From: Mobula hypostoma
Taxonomy: Eukaryota
Length of the DNA: 64,000 bases
Assembly: GCF_963921235.1 (NCBI RefSeq)
Contig: NC_086097.1
Coordinates: 137,022,001-137,086,000, forward strand
Direction of reading: 5' to 3'
Below are positions 48,364 to 61,786 of this stretch, in pieces. Each line of letters starts with the position of its first letter. The first letter of the stretch is position 1. The translations under genes and the position numbers were made by a program. Below the pieces are notes generated by a model. It saw only the letters and a list, made by a program, of their open reading frames with translations. It had not been told where the DNA came from and ran no database searches.

Positions 48364-48925
48364 GGTCTCTGGAAGTGGCTGATGGGATGGGGAGATGAGC
48401 TGTTTAGGATGACATGCACGGTCTCTGGAAGTGGCTGATGGGATGGGGAGATGGGCTGTTTAGGATGACGTGCACGGTCTCTGGAGGTGGCTGATGGGAT
48501 GGGGAGATGGGCTGTTTAGGATGACGTGCACCGTCTCTGGAAGTGGCTGATGCGATGGGGAGATGGGCTGTTTAGGATGACGTGCAAGGTCTCTGGAAGT
48601 GGCTGATGGGATGGGGAGATGGGTTGTTCAGGATGACATGCACGGTCTCTGGAGGTGGCTGATGGGATGGGGAGATGGGTTGTTCAGGATGACATGCACG
48701 GTCTCTGGAGGTGGCTGATGGGTTGGGGAGATGGGTTGTTCAGGATGACATGCATGGTCTCTGGAGGTGGCTGATGGGATGGGGAGATGGGCTGTTTAGG
48801 ATGACATGCAAGGTCTCTGGAGGTGGCTGATGGGATGGGGAGATGGGCTGTTTAGGATGACGTGCAAGGTCTCTGGAAGTGGCTGATGGGATGGGGAGAT
48901 GGGTTGTTCAGGATGACATGCACGG
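48364..48925 (+). repeat. Minisatellite, 56-bp unit x about 10
   Basis: Unit ggtctctggaagtggctgatgggatggggagatgggctgtttaggatgacgtgcac; starts at 48364, 48420 and onward. Confidence 0.97.
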
Positions 48926-49283
48926 CTGAAGCAAAGCCTTCAGTCCTCCCACTGTGCCTATCCAAGGTTCTCTCCGACTTCCAAGGAATTCCTCCATGCT
49001 GTGCAGTCACAGGCCAGGCATTCAGGGAATGCTGAGGATGTTGCCTTACTTCTGAGAGATTCTGCTGCACGGCGTACAAAGAGCTCTCCTGAGCCTTTTA
49101 GAAATCCACCTGCTTTTTGACCAAGTCTGCTTACACAGGACTCACTAACACACAAATTACAGTGCTGAATAAACCCCTGGGAGAAGCCCGCCAGCCCACT
49201 TCAACCTGATGTATGGAAAAAAATCACCAGCAATTGCACAGGTCACACCCTGCCAGAGAAAGGAAGGACCCACAGCAACCTAC

Positions 49284-49448
49284 CTATGGCAAAGAGCTCG
49301 ATGCCCGCATCCCGTAAGCTTTTAGCCGGCGGAAAAACATCATCCTGCGATTTGCCATCTGTGATCAAGATCCCAATCTTCGGCACTCCGGCTCTGGATC
49401 CAGCCTCGGGTTTAAAACTATTCTCCTGGATGTAAGTTAGAGCGAGGC
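49284..49448 (-). CDS. COL14A1: COL14A1 exon, vWA1 ([55 protein letters not shown])
   Basis: ttttag|GC acceptor, G|gtaggt donor, 165 nt, phase 1-1; ITDG motif. Confidence 0.95.
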
Positions 49449-49880
49449 CTAAAAGCAGGTGCAAAGAGACAAGTTAGAATGGCGGTACAAGGGGCAACCC
49501 GGAGGTACAAGGGCCTGCACATGCTATTATCTGGATATTAGAGGAACATATCTACTCAGTTCCTGTCAATCTTTCAGGCAACCTAACAGACAGTTAGACT
49601 TGAGTCCAGATGAAGGGGCTTGACCCGAATCATTGTCCATTTCCCTCTACAGATGCTGCCAGACCCATTGACTTTGTCCAGCAACATACTTTTACATCTT
49701 GTAATCCTGTGCAGAAGAATGTGAGGAATTCTACCTCAACACACATTTCTATCCCAATTTCAATTGAGCCGCACCTCAGTTTCTATCCCTAACGACACCA
49801 GTCCAGGACACACATCAGAAATGATCATACCAGGTTAGGCAAACAGGAGGAAATCTGCAGATGCTGGAAGTTCAAGCAAT

Positions 49881-50041
49881 ACACACAAAAAAATGCTGGT
49901 GAACGCAGCAGGCCAGGCAGCATCTATAGGAAGAGGTACAGTCGACGTTTCGGGCCAAGACATCTCAGTCCGAAACGTCGACTGTACCTCTTCCTATAGA
50001 TGCTGCCTGGCCTGCTGCGTTCACCAGCATTTTTTGTGTGT
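49881..50041. repeat. Near-perfect inverted repeat (about 72-bp arms, 16-nt spacer) built from two Penelope termini
   Basis: 49881-49953 is the reverse complement of 49970-50041 apart from one base in an A/T run. Confidence 0.92.
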
Positions 50042-51609
50042 GATACCAGATTCGGGACTGTTTAGAGCTGCCTGTTTCCACAACAAATGAACGTTAAAAA
50101 AAAAGGAGCAGGATTAGGCCACTCAGCCTCTCAAACCTGCCCCGCTATTCAATATGATCATGGCTGATCTGCCCTAGGCCTCAAGATCCTCTCTGTGCCA
50201 ACTCCACATAACCCACAATTTCCCAATGTTTCAAAATTTATCTGCTTCCTCCTTCAGTGCCTCCAATGATCCAGCTTCCAAAACCCTCCAGGGCTGGACT
50301 TTCCAGAGAGTCACCACAATGTTTAATACAGTTACCAAAGAGCCTAAGCAGACACCTTGACCTCACCTGGCTCACCTTGGTTTCCATGGTAACTAATTTG
50401 GAGATGGAGGAGGAGGAGCTCATTCAAGCCTTTCAGCCTGTTCCATCATCAGGGATTATTTGTTTCTGAGATATGAACTTCACTCCCAAGACCAACCTTA
50501 ATTGTTCAAGCCTAATACCCCCTGAATTATTAGGAGCCTTTGCCATGGGTCTAGAGCTACATACAAGGCAGACAATGTTAAGGGAGCAGACTTTCTCTCC
50601 TTGGAAGGACATCAGTGAATGAGAGAAGTTTTTATGATAATCAGACAGGTCATGGTCAGCCTTACCATGACCAACTTCTATTCAAACCCAGATTTAATAA
50701 ACCAAATGTGATTTTCATGGGCTGCTGCTGTGGGCTTTGATCTCACATCTCCAGATCAATGATCTAGTGCTCTGGGTCACTAATACCTCAACACCGTGCT
50801 GTAACTTAGCCTATCAGTAATTTGAGCTTCGGACACAGGAGGCAATGGGACAGATGAACAAAAACTCGATCAGCCATGCGATTTTGGAAACTTAGTGAAT
50901 TAGAGAAAGAGGTCTAGGATAGAAATTCCAGGGTTTAGGACACAGTGCTTGTAGACTCGTTCACAAAGGCTGGAGTGAAGGAGATGAGGAAGTGCAAGAG
51001 CATCTGACACCAGACTGGTGCGCACTGTCTGCATCAGCCTGGTTTTGTGTTTGGGTTCTGAAATGAATCCAGACAAAGGACCGCAGACCCAACGCCCTGA
51101 CAGATGACTGTTCCTCTCTCCAATGATGCTGTCTGACCTACTGAGTATCTGCAGCACCTTCTGTCTTTGTTCCAGATTTCCAGCATCTGCAGTTTTTTTA
51201 TTGACCTACAAGGTTATGTTGGAACCAATTCACAGAACAAGGCACAGACGCCAGCCCTACAGTAACATTCTGGTTACCATCAGCACAAGAGTAAATTGAA
51301 TGGAAATAGCAGAACACCCACTCGTTTCCTTGTGCCTCTTTCCAAAATTCTCTTCAACAGAACAGCTTGTGACTGTGGGATGCAAATGTCTCACAAACTC
51401 CAGGCGTCATTTCACTCAACTCTCTCTTTGTCCATAATAAAACAGCCCTCTGACTTCTCCCTAAGTTCATCACAATAGAAAGCCTTGGATTTCTATGGCA
51501 CCTTTCACAATTTACAGAACAAAGCATAGGGTAATACAGTACAGAAACAGGCCCGTTAGCTCACAGTGTTGTGCTGAACATGGTGCCAAATTAAATAAAA
51601 TCCTTTCTA

Positions 51610-52350
51610 AGACCATAAGACATAGGAGCAGAATTAGGCCATTTGAAATTGGGTCTGCTCCACCATTCAATCATGGCTGATCCTTTTTTCCCTTCCTCAA
51701 CCCCACTCCCCAGCCTTCTTCCCCATAACCTTTGATGCCGTGGCCAATCAAGAACCTATCAATCCCTGCCTTAAATACACCCAATGACCTGGCCTTCACA
51801 GTTGCCTGTGGTAACAAATCCCACAAATTCACCACTCTCTGGCTAAAGAAATTTCTCCGCATCTCCTTTTTAAATGGATACCCCTCTATCCCGAGGCTGT
51901 GCCTTCTTGTCCTAGACTCTCCCCACCATGGGAAGCGTCCTTTCCGCATCTACTCTGTCTAGGCCTTTCAACGTTCAAAAGGTTTCAATGAGATCCCCCT
52001 CATCCTTCTAAGTTCGGGTGAGTACAGACCCAGAGCTACCAAACACTCCTCGTATGATAACCTTTTCACACTTGGAATCATCCTTGTGAACCTCCTCTGG
52101 ACCCTCTCCAATGCAAACATCTTTTCTTAGATGAGGAGCCCAAAACTGTTGACAATACTCAAGGTGAGGCCCCACCAGTGCCTTATAAAGCCTCAGCATT
52201 ACATCCCTGCTCTTGCATTCAAGACCTCTTGAAATGAACGCTAACATTACATTTACCTTCTGCACCACTGACTCAACCTGCAAGTTAATCTACAGGGTGT
52301 TCTGCACAAGGACTCCCAAGTACCTTTGCATGTCTGAGTTTTGGATTTTC
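51610..52350 (-). mobile_element. CR1 3' fragment; similar fragments at about 2060-2620 (+), 4795-5275 (-), 16537-16725 (+), 20860-21215 (+), 36320-36730 (+) and 54875-55410 (-)
   Basis: Peptides RDVMLRLYKALVGPHLEYC and RRNFFSQRVVNLW; CR1 3'UTR tail (ttatgtc/ttatggt). Confidence 0.85.
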
Positions 52351-52589
52351 AAATCCCACTCTGGAGTTTAAAGACAGTCACTTTGCCCCCTTATGCCAGC
52401 ACAGCACTGAGTGTGTATCACGTTGCTGGAAATGGCAGCTTCTGGTTAAGATATTTATCTCCGGCCCCATCTGTAGCTGAATATCTTATTTGAAATGGGA
52501 AACACTGACTGTGCAATGCTCTGTTAGTACTGCACTGCGAGTATCAGACTTGAACCCAAACCTCTGTCTCATCCACCACAAACGGTGGG

Positions 52590-53165
52590 ATATCCCAGTA
52601 GCCACTCATTTGAATTCAACTTCCCATTCCCATTCAGACAAGTCAGTCCCTGGCCTCCGCTACTGATATGATGAGGCCACACTCAGGTTGGAGGAGCAAC
52701 ACCTCACATTGCATCAGGGTAGGCTCCAATCTGATGGTATGAAGATCAATTTCTCTAAGTTATGGTGATTTCTCCCCCCATCTCCCTTCTCTCTTTTTCC
52801 ATTCTCCTCTTAATCCTTGTCTTCTCCCGATCGGGCCATCATCTCCCTCTGGTGCTCTTTTTCCTTCCTTTTCTCCCATAGACACTGTCCTCTCCTATCA
52901 GATTCCTTCTTCTTCAGCCCTTTACCTCTTTCATCAATCACATCCCAGCTTATTTCACCCCCCCCCCACCCACCTTATCCATCACCTGGTTCACCTATCA
53001 CCTACCAGATTGTATTCCTTTTCCTCCCCCCAACTACTCGTTCTGCTTCTTCCCCCCTTCCTCTCCAGTCCCAATGAGGTGCCTCGGCCTGAGACATCGA
53101 CTATTTATTCTTCTCCATAGATGCACTTTATGTGTGTTCCTCAAGATTTCCAACATCTCTTGTGT
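52590..53165 (+). mobile_element. Penelope-like element 3' fragment
   Basis: gatgaggccacactcaggttggaggagcaacacctc...ctccaatctgatggtatg matches the GIY-YIG C-terminus of the other copies. Confidence 0.75.
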
Positions 53166-53277
53166 ATAGTTCATCATTCTGATTTAATACATGGAAACAA
53201 CTGGAACCGATAAGCTTGCCTATGGTCCCCAAGATGCCAGCCATTATGCAGTGGGTCACTTGGACAAGAGACAGTAC

Positions 53278-53397
53278 CTGTGAGCGTGTTGCCGCCTTTG
53301 TAAGGCAGGTTTCTGACAGCATCCAGTACAGCCTCCTTTGTGGTATATTCATTTAGATTCCATTCTATCCGTGGGTCTCCACTGTACTGAGCCAATC
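53278..53397 (-). CDS. COL14A1: COL14A1 exon, vWA1 ([40 protein letters not shown])
   Basis: tttcag|GA acceptor, G|gtactg donor, 120 nt, phase 1-1. Confidence 0.95.
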
Positions 53398-56300
53398 CTG
53401 AAACAAGTGGACAACAAGCTCAGAATATACCAGCTGGACATTGCTCAATCAACACAAGTGCATATTCAGTGGGGGGGGGGGGAGCAAATCAGCTTTGCCT
53501 GCTTGAAGCAGGACTCACTACATAACACAGAGTGAACCTTCCATTCAGTCCATTTAACGGAATTCAATCACACAATTCAGTAACTTTGCATTACTGTTAA
53601 TGTGAAGTTTACACAGAGTAATTTGGTGTTCCGGGGAGCGGAGGGGCGATTCATGAATCATTTCCAAACACAGCTGCCGGCCCAGAGGCAAAACAAACCC
53701 TTGCCTGCGGCTCTGATAACCATTTCATTTACCCCATAATGAAATCCAGGAAACTATTAAACAGTCAAAGAGCAAAACATCAGTGTCTCTTCATTAACCA
53801 TTTAAAGTCTGTTTTTAATTGTAGCCTCAAGCTGACTTTTGCCTCCTTATTCTCACTGATGCCGAGACCAAACCTTCAGCAGCGAACATCACCGCTGCAT
53901 AGAGTACAGTCAAATGCAAGGGAGTTCAGTGCAGAGACGAGTACATTTGGGGCTGCTCTGCTCATAGAAGAGCAGGTTAAATAGAGGTTTTTAAGAGAAT
54001 AAATCAGTACATGGCTCCTGCTGCAAGAGGGTCAGCGGAGATAAATTTCAGGGAAAGTGAGAGTTATCTTAAACTGTGAGCTGGGATGTTCTTCCTGAAA
54101 GAGCAGTGCAGGCCAATTCAACACAAACTTGCAACCAAGATGACATATTCTTGAAAAGGAAGCAATCACAGGGTTAAGGTGAAGCAGTGGAGCTTCAAAG
54201 AGCTAGCATTGGCTTGATGGGCTGAGTGGGCTGGCACATTTCATGACTCCATGAAATAACAGAGCGATAACCCAGTGGGCTCCAGCATCATAGAGGTTCA
54301 GTGGTGTACCAGACCCTCAGCTGGGGACCCTGGTGGAGGCTCAGGATCTAGGAAGGATTTGGCAAATTGGCTGATTGTTGTCACATGTACCAAGGTGCAG
54401 GGAGAAGCTTTGTTTTTGCATGCTATCCATACAGACCATTTAATCGCATCAGTGCATTGAGGTAGTGACAAGGGAACGGCGACATCAGAAGGCAGAATAT
54501 AGCGTTATGCAAGGGCCTAACGAGGTAGAGTGAGAGGTCAATTATTTATTATACAAAATGACCACTCAATAGCCTTATAACACCAGCATAGAAGCTGTCT
54601 TTGAGCCCAAGGGCATGTACTATCAATCTATTGTACCTCCTGTCCAATGGAAGGAGGGGGGAAAAAGAAGAATGTCCAGGGTGGGTGGGGTTTTTGATTA
54701 TGTTGGTTGCTTTATTGAGGTCGTGAGAAGTGTGGACAGAATTCACGGAGGGGAGGCTGATTTCCATGACGCCATAACTCTGCAGTTCCTTGTGGTCTCA
54801 GGCAGCAGTTGCCATACCATGCTGTGACAAATCTGGATACTTTCTGTAGAGTATCTATAAAAATCGGTGAGGGTCCATAAGACATAGGAGCAGAATTAGG
54901 CCATTCAGCCCATCAAGTCTGCTTCGCCATTTCATCATAGCTGACCCCAGGTCCCATTCAACCCCATATACCTGCCCTCTCACCATATCCCTTGATGCCC
55001 AACCGATCAGGAGTCTATCAACTTCCACTTTGAATATACCACAGTCTGTGGCAGAGCATTCCACAGATTTACCACTCTGGCTAAAAAATTTCCTCCTTAC
55101 TTCTGTTCCAAAAGGTCACCCCTCAATCTTGAGGCTGTGCCTTCTAGTTCTGGATACCCTTATTATAGAAAACATCCTCTCCGCATCCACCTTATCTAGT
55201 CCTTTCAACATTCAGTAGGTTTCAATGGGATTTCACCACCCCCCCCCGCATTCTTCTAAATTCCAGTGAGTACAGGCCCAAAGCTGCCAAATGCACCTCA
55301 TATGTTAACCCCTTTATTCCCAGAATCATCCTCGTAAACCTCCTCTGGACTCTCTCCAATGACAACACATCCTTTCTGAGATAAGGGGCCCAAAACTGTT
55401 GACAATAGGGTCAATGAGGACATGCCAAATTTCTTTAGCCTCCCAAGGAAGGTTTGCTTTCTGATTAGTAAGAGCAACAGCAGAAAGCACTCGGCAGTCT
55501 TTGCCCTCACCCTGAGGACAGGAGCTCCCCAAGGGTAGTGATACAGCCACCCAGCCAGAGAGTGGTGCATTCAAGAAAGGGAAAGCTGAGGCTGAGTATC
55601 AGAATGGATGAATGAAACTAACAGGAGGAAATGAGGGAAGACCCCTAACCCAGAAAAACAGAGAAAATGCATCATGAACCACCTTGGTAAAGTAGATACA
55701 GAGAAGGGGAAATGTTGAATAAACTAACAGGAGCAGTATTATGCTGAGAGTGGGAGAGCTTATTCCTGCAGGAAGGGGTTGAAATGCATGGCCGAGAGGC
55801 GTTCAGTTGAAAGATGGATAAACCCAAGAGGGGGAGGAATACAAGGAGGGTAGGAGAGGGATGGGAGATGGAGGGAGGTAAGAGGAGACTGTTCTCGGCC
55901 ATCAACACTAGTACACAGCAGAGGAGGCGCTTTCTCTGCTGTAGTCTCAGTGTTGTATCACAGAAATGAGACTAATTCAGGAACAAGAGTACGGCTGAGT
56001 GGTGGGACACTGACTCAGCTGAGAAATGGCCAGAGCACCCTCCCCCACTGGAATTAACACAACAGAAGGTTAACCCCTCCAGTTTCAGGTTCCACCCATA
56101 TAACAGGGGTCTGTCACAGGGGTGACGGCGGTAAGTGCCAGTTATCTAATTACATCTACTATATTCAACCAAAGGCAGACACAGCTTCAGTGAATGTTGA
56201 AACTCTCAGTCTCACTACATTTGCTTCAGTAGTTCCCCACTCCCACATCCCATTTCCCCCACTCACACTGACCCCTCACAAAAACCCCTCCCACTCGACA

Positions 56301-57004
56301 GGGGAATGGAAAACCCTTCCCATTACACATTGCACCTGATTTCTGACTACCGAGGTGTTTTTCCCCTGATAATTCATTGCACTGAGGACCACAGTCAATT
56401 GAGATCTCTGCTCAACCCCTCTGGTCAAGCCCCGTATCTCCACCACCACATAGCCCAGGAAGGGTAGGAAAATAGCATTAATTTCACAGGATAACAAAAC
56501 TGTTAGAACAATCAGATATTCAACATTGGCAGCATCACATCAGCTAGTTTTACAATGGCCATATATCATAGGCTCTACTTTTAACACTGGTGTCACTCAA
56601 CTCAAAAGTGACAGGATTCCATCTGCTTTGCACAAACATCAAAGTCTAAATTACACTTACAAATATGGGTAACATTATTGAGACCTGCCAACTTACAGGG
56701 AGATGGGGTGGGGGGAGGACTTGCAATACACAAATAAAAAACAGACAATAAAACACTCAGCACGTCATGCAGCGTCTATGGAGAAAGAAACAGAGTCAAT
56801 AGTTCAGCTAAATGACTTTTCATCAGAAATGGAAAAGGTCATAAACACCTTTTTTGCTTTTTCTCTCCACAGATACTGTCCAACCTGCTGAAAGTTGCAT
56901 ATCTTTATTTTCAGTTTCCTGCATCTGCAGAATTTTGCTTTGGAAGTTTTTAGTTCAGGCTGGGGGGTGGGGGAGTGCAAGAATAGAGAGGAAATGGCAG
57001 ATGT

Positions 57005-57345
57005 TTTTGGAACCTGCTGATGATAGTCAGGAACCTGGTTCAGCTATAGGCAATAACAGTCAGGAACCTGGTTCTGCTTCAGGCAATAATGGTGTTTGGG
57101 ATCCTCCAACAATGATGGTCAGGAACCTGGTTGTAGAATAGTTGATGATAATGAGGAACATGGTCCTGTTACAGGTAAAGGTGTTTGGAAACCTGGTTCT
57201 AGTTGAGATAATGATGGTCGGAACCAGGTTCTTGTACTGGCAGTGATAATCAGGAACTTGGTTCCAATACAGGCAATGATGTTTGGGAACCTGCCTCTAG
57301 TATAGGTGATGATAATTGGGAACCTTTCTGTATTACAGGTGATCA
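57005..57345 (+). repeat. Degenerate tandem repeat, about 33-bp unit with core caggaacctggttc
   Basis: Recurring (c)aggaacctggtt and caatgat/gtttgg motifs. Confidence 0.8.
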
Positions 57346-57419
57346 TAGATCCTTCAATTTGAACAGACAGACAAACATCAAGCGAATATTTTCACAGTGT
57401 TGCGGGAAGATGGACTCAC

Positions 57420-57575
57420 CTATTCTCGTTTTGTCAGAATCTACATTGAAAGCACTAACCAAATTCTCCAAAAACAGCCGCACGAGTCGGAAGTTAAGTC
57501 GGCCAATGCTCCAGGAGCCATCCACCAGAATGACAATGTCTGCAATAGCAGGTGACTTGCACAGAAACTGAGAGC
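57420..57575 (-). CDS. COL14A1: COL14A1 exon, vWA1 start ([52 protein letters not shown])
   Basis: tgcag|GC acceptor, G|gtgagt donor, 156 nt, phase 1-1; contains MIDAS DxSxS (DGSWS). Confidence 0.95.
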
Positions 57576-58289
57576 CTGCAACCAAACAGATTGGGGAAAA
57601 AAAATGACACCAGTGAACAGGTCATATGCCAACATCAAAACGAACAGGTCTTTGAATTCATTCTTCTCATGAGACAGTCATCGCTGATGTGCAGATGAAC
57701 AAAGTTAGTCAATCATTTATTAATCATATGATCTAACCAAAGTGTAACCATGTATATTAGTGATCACCGTTTAATTTTCATAGATCCTCACAGCAGAGAA
57801 ACAGTCCATTCAGCCCACAATGACCATGCTAGCCATCAAGAATGTACCCTTCTCCACTACTCCCATTTGCCAGCACTTGTTATGCCTTGGCAATTCAAGA
57901 GCATCTCCAGATACTTCCTATAGGTAATCTTTACCCAGTTAGAGATAAGATGCTGTTTTGAGTAACCATGACAACGAAGTGTGTTTCAAATAATGAACAT
58001 TAGAACTGCCTCTGCTTCCCACGGGGGTGGGAACGATAGAGTGCCTTTATTTTAATGTCATCACAAAGGGCAGGAGGAGGGATGCAATACAGAAAGATTC
58101 ATTGTCAATTTATTCAAATAGCTTGCACAAAAAAAATCTAGCATTTATTATCTCACACTGAGTTACAAAGCATGCACAGACAATTCTGTTGCGTCAGGAA
58201 CTGCGTTCATTTCAGCAAGTCACCACAAACCCTTTAAGTGCATTGAAGAGGCAATGAGTTTGAATCCTTTGTCTCAGAGATCATGCGAG

Positions 58290-59335
58290 TGCACCATTCA
58301 TGCTGCCTTCATCCACATCTCCTCTATTTCCCGGACATCAGTGCTCACCCCATCCTCTCTCTCCCTTAACAGGGTTAGAGTTCCTCTTGTCCTTACCTAC
58401 CACCCCATGAGCCTACACATCCAACGGGTTATTTTCTACAACTTTTGCCATCTTCAAAGGGATTCTACAACCAAACATATCTTTACTCACCCACTCTCTG
58501 CTTTCCTCTGGGATTGCGTTCTCCATGATTCCCTTGTCCATTTGTCCCTACCCATTAATCTCCCTGCCACCACTTATCCCTGCAAACAGCCAAAGTGCTA
58601 CACTTGCCCGTTCACCTCCTCCCTCACCTCCACTCAGGGCCCCAAACAGCAGATTCGCAGGTGAGGTAACACTTCACCTGCGAATCTGCTGGAATCTTCT
58701 ACTGTATCCAGAGCACCCGATGCTGCCTCCTTCTACACTGGTGAGACCCATCGTAAGTTGAGGGACCACATCGTCGAGCACCTCCGCTCCATCCACCTAA
58801 ATCAGAAGTTCCCAGTGGCCAAACATTTTAATTCCGATTTCCATTCCCCTTCTGATATGTTTGTCCGTGGCCTCCTCTTGTGTCACGAGGAGGCCACCCA
58901 TAGGGTGAAAGAGCAAGACCTTACATTCCGCCTGTGTAGCCGTCTCCAACCTGATGGCATGAATATCTATTTATCCTTCTAGTAAAACGTTTTTTCCTCC
59001 CCTTTCCCTCTTCTTCTAATCCCCACTCTGACCTCTAACCTCTTCTCACCTACCAGTCAACTCCTGCTGGTGCCCCTCCTCCTTCATTTTCTCCTATGGT
59101 CTTCTCTCTTCCCCTATCCGATTGTTTCCTCTCCAGTCCTTTACCTTTTCACCTGCTTGGCTTCATCTATCACTTTCTCGCTATCCTTCTTCCCCTCACC
59201 CCCACCTTCTTCATTCTGGAATCTCCCCCCCCCCCACCTTTCCTTTCCATCTTGAAGAAGGGCATGGCCCAAAATGTTGGCGGTTTGTTCATTTCCATGG
59301 ATGCTGCCTGACCTGCTGAGTTCCTCCAGTTTCCG
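58290..59335 (+). mobile_element. Penelope-like element fragment
   Basis: RVPLVLTYHP, YPCKQPKCYTCPF, LRDHIVEHLRS...VAKHFN...LQPDGMNI; same terminal repeat as 33790. Confidence 0.85.
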
Positions 59336-60264
59336 CAGAATTTCTTTGCTTATCAAGTGAATGAGTAGTCCAAACCACAGCAGGTTTTCAGCTTGATGTT
59401 TACAGTGTGTTTCCATGAATCAGGGGAGAGTTTCTTCCTCCTTCCTCGACAGATGTAAGGTGCTGCTTAACTGATGCCAATCCATCTTGGCCTTTGTTCC
59501 GCAGGATTAATAAACAAAACTAATCTATCTTGAACGACACACACAAAATACTGGAGGAACTCAGAAAAGAGTAAACAGTCGACATTTTGGTCTGAGTCCC
59601 AATGAAGGGTCTCAGCCCAAAACACGACTGTCTACTCTTTTCCATAGATGTTGCCTGGCCTGCTGAGTTCCTCTAGCATTTTGTGTGCATTGCTTGGATT
59701 TCCACCCTCTGGAGATTTTCTCATCTCAATCTATCTCGAGTCCTGTATAACAAAGCTTCATTAACTTCTCCTGAACGACGGGATCCCTGGCCACTTAGCA
59801 CATCAGAACTGCTGCATCTCACTGTTCACTGAGGGTCCTCGAGGAGATTTACAATCCACAGTCTCACCAATGCACCCTAACTGTGCCTGGATTTTCTCAC
59901 TCCCATTGCATAGGGAAAGGGAGATCTGCAGAAATAAAACAACAGACTTAATGTCATGTTTCACCCAAGCAGAATATTTCACACACAGCAAGATGTGACA
60001 GCTCATTGTAATTTCAATCTAAGAATAAATCACACGCACAGAAGTTTTGTTGTATTGGGATAGGAACAGAATGGCATTTCAGCCCTTTGAACCTGTAGTA
60101 CGTCAGTGAGATTGAGACTGCTCTGTAAATTTAGTTCTGGGACTTCCACACTGGGATTATTTTTGCGATAATAATTAGTGTAGAACATTTTATTTTGCAT
60201 CTTTCACTATTTTGAGGAAGGTCAAATGTAAAAAGAGTAAATGAACCAATCAGAGAACACAGGG

Positions 60265-61200
60265 ATCATTTTTACCTACCACCACCTGAGCCTCCAGATC
60301 CAACACGTCACTTCTCTGCAACTTCCACTGTCTTCATTTGACAGGATCCTACCACCAAACACATCTTCATGTTCCCCTTTCCCTCCATTTTCTGCTGTGG
60401 TCACTCATTCCTTGTCCATTCGTCCCTCCCCACTAATCTCCCTCCTAGCACATAACACTGCAAGCAATAGAAATGTTGCACCTGCCCACTGCCCATTCAC
60501 CTCCTCCCCTACCTCCATTCAGGGCCCAAACAGTCCTTCCAGGTGAGGCAACACCACCTGCGAATCTACTGGGGTCAACACCTGTATCTGGTGCTCTTGA
60601 TGCAGCCTCCACTACAATGGTGAGACCCGACAAAAATTCGGGGGATGCTTTATTGAGTACATCTGCTCCATCTGCCGAAAGTGGAATTCCTCAGTGGCCT
60701 GCCATCTTAATTCCTAACGCCATTGTTTTGTTCTCGGGGTGAAGAGTAACACCTCACATTCCTTTTAGGTAGACTCTAACCTCATGGCAAGAACATTGAT
60801 TTCTTCTGGTAACTTCTCCTTACTTTTCCCCTCCCCCCCCTTCTATTCCCCACAATGGCCTCTTACCTCTTCTCCATACCTGCCTATCACCTCTCCCTGG
60901 TGACCCTCCTTCTTCCCTTTCTCCCACGGTCCACTCCAATCTTCCATCAGATTCCTTCTTCTCTGGCCCTTTATCCTCCTCACCAACTAGGCTTCACCTA
61001 TCACATTCAAGCTTGTCCTCCATCCCCTCCCTCCACCTTTTTCCTCTGGAACCTTCCCCCTTCCTTTGAAGTCCTGATGAAGGGCTTTGGCCCATAATGT
61101 CGATGGTTTATTCATTTCCGTGGATGCTGCCAGACCTGCTATTTCCTCCAGCATTTTATGATTGCTGCTCTGAATTTCCAGCATCTGCAGAATCTCTTGT
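60265..61200 (+). mobile_element. Penelope-like element fragment, more decayed
   Basis: Collinear similarity to 58290-59335 (cagggcccaaacagtccttccaggtgaggcaacac...) and the same terminal repeat. Confidence 0.75.
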
Positions 61201-61786
61201 GTTTAGAGATGTTTTTGTTCATCTACATCACGTTTAAGGTCAGAAATTATGGCCAATCCCTAATTGCCCTCGAGAAGTCATGGGGGAGGGAGTTGGGGAA
61301 TGGTGAGATACGTTCATCAAACACAGCAGCGCTTCTGGTGAAGGTGCCTCCTCAGTGCTCCAGGCCAGAGAGATCCACAGTTTGGACACAGTTATGATTT
61401 TCCCATTATAATGGGGTAGATCTGCTGCCTTTGTCCTCCCAGCTGGCAGGAGATGGGGAGGGTAGCAGAGAACCTTTGTGATCTGCTACAGTCCATCTAT
61501 TAAATACTGAAGCTCAGGACCAAACGCCTCATTCAGCAGAGCGTTACACCAAAACCTTATTACTTCTCGGATCCTTGTCATACAGGAATACCTCACCCTG
61601 AACTGCTTAACATTTGATTATCTTGAAAACCTCGAAACACACAACACCTGGCTTGAAGACTGCCGTTATAAGACTTAAGCAGACCTCCTATACATAGAGA
61701 TGAAAATAGGACCTCATGATATATCTCATTATGACCCTGCACTGCATTTCTCTGTAATTGTAGCACTATCTTCTGCAATCTAGTCA

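Larger units (their letters stand above)
421..57575 (-). other. COL14A1: Collagen type XIV alpha 1 gene, internal portion (18 coding exons, vWA1 to first half of FN3-8)
   Basis: Spliced exons give an open 809-codon frame. Peptides closely match human COL14A1 as I recall it ([60 protein letters not shown]). Domain order vWA then 7xFN3 fits COL14A1 better than COL12A1 or COL20A1. Confidence 0.93.

Noticed and set aside
48364..48925. Regular repeats resembling a CRISPR array
   Set aside because: Contiguous tandem units with no unique spacers, no cas genes, and a vertebrate intron context.
421..57575. Alternative identity as COL12A1 or COL20A1
   Set aside because: Peptide matches and the vWA plus FN3 series with a Thr-rich linker after FN3-5 fit COL14A1 best. 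A reciprocal BLAST would settle it.
59868..59925. Possible upstream COL14A1 exon (strong ttatttctgcag acceptor, G|gtgaga donor; ISLSLCNGSEKIQAQLGCI)
   Set aside because: Exit phase fits the next exon, but it would be phase 0-1 and the peptide does not resemble the expected COL14A1 linker. Needs RNA-seq.
61598..61687. AG/GT-bounded open segment on the minus strand (GLLKSYNGSLQARCC...)
   Set aside because: In this reading frame the donor is phase 2, incompatible with the phase-1 acceptor at 57575; no similarity to collagen XIV.
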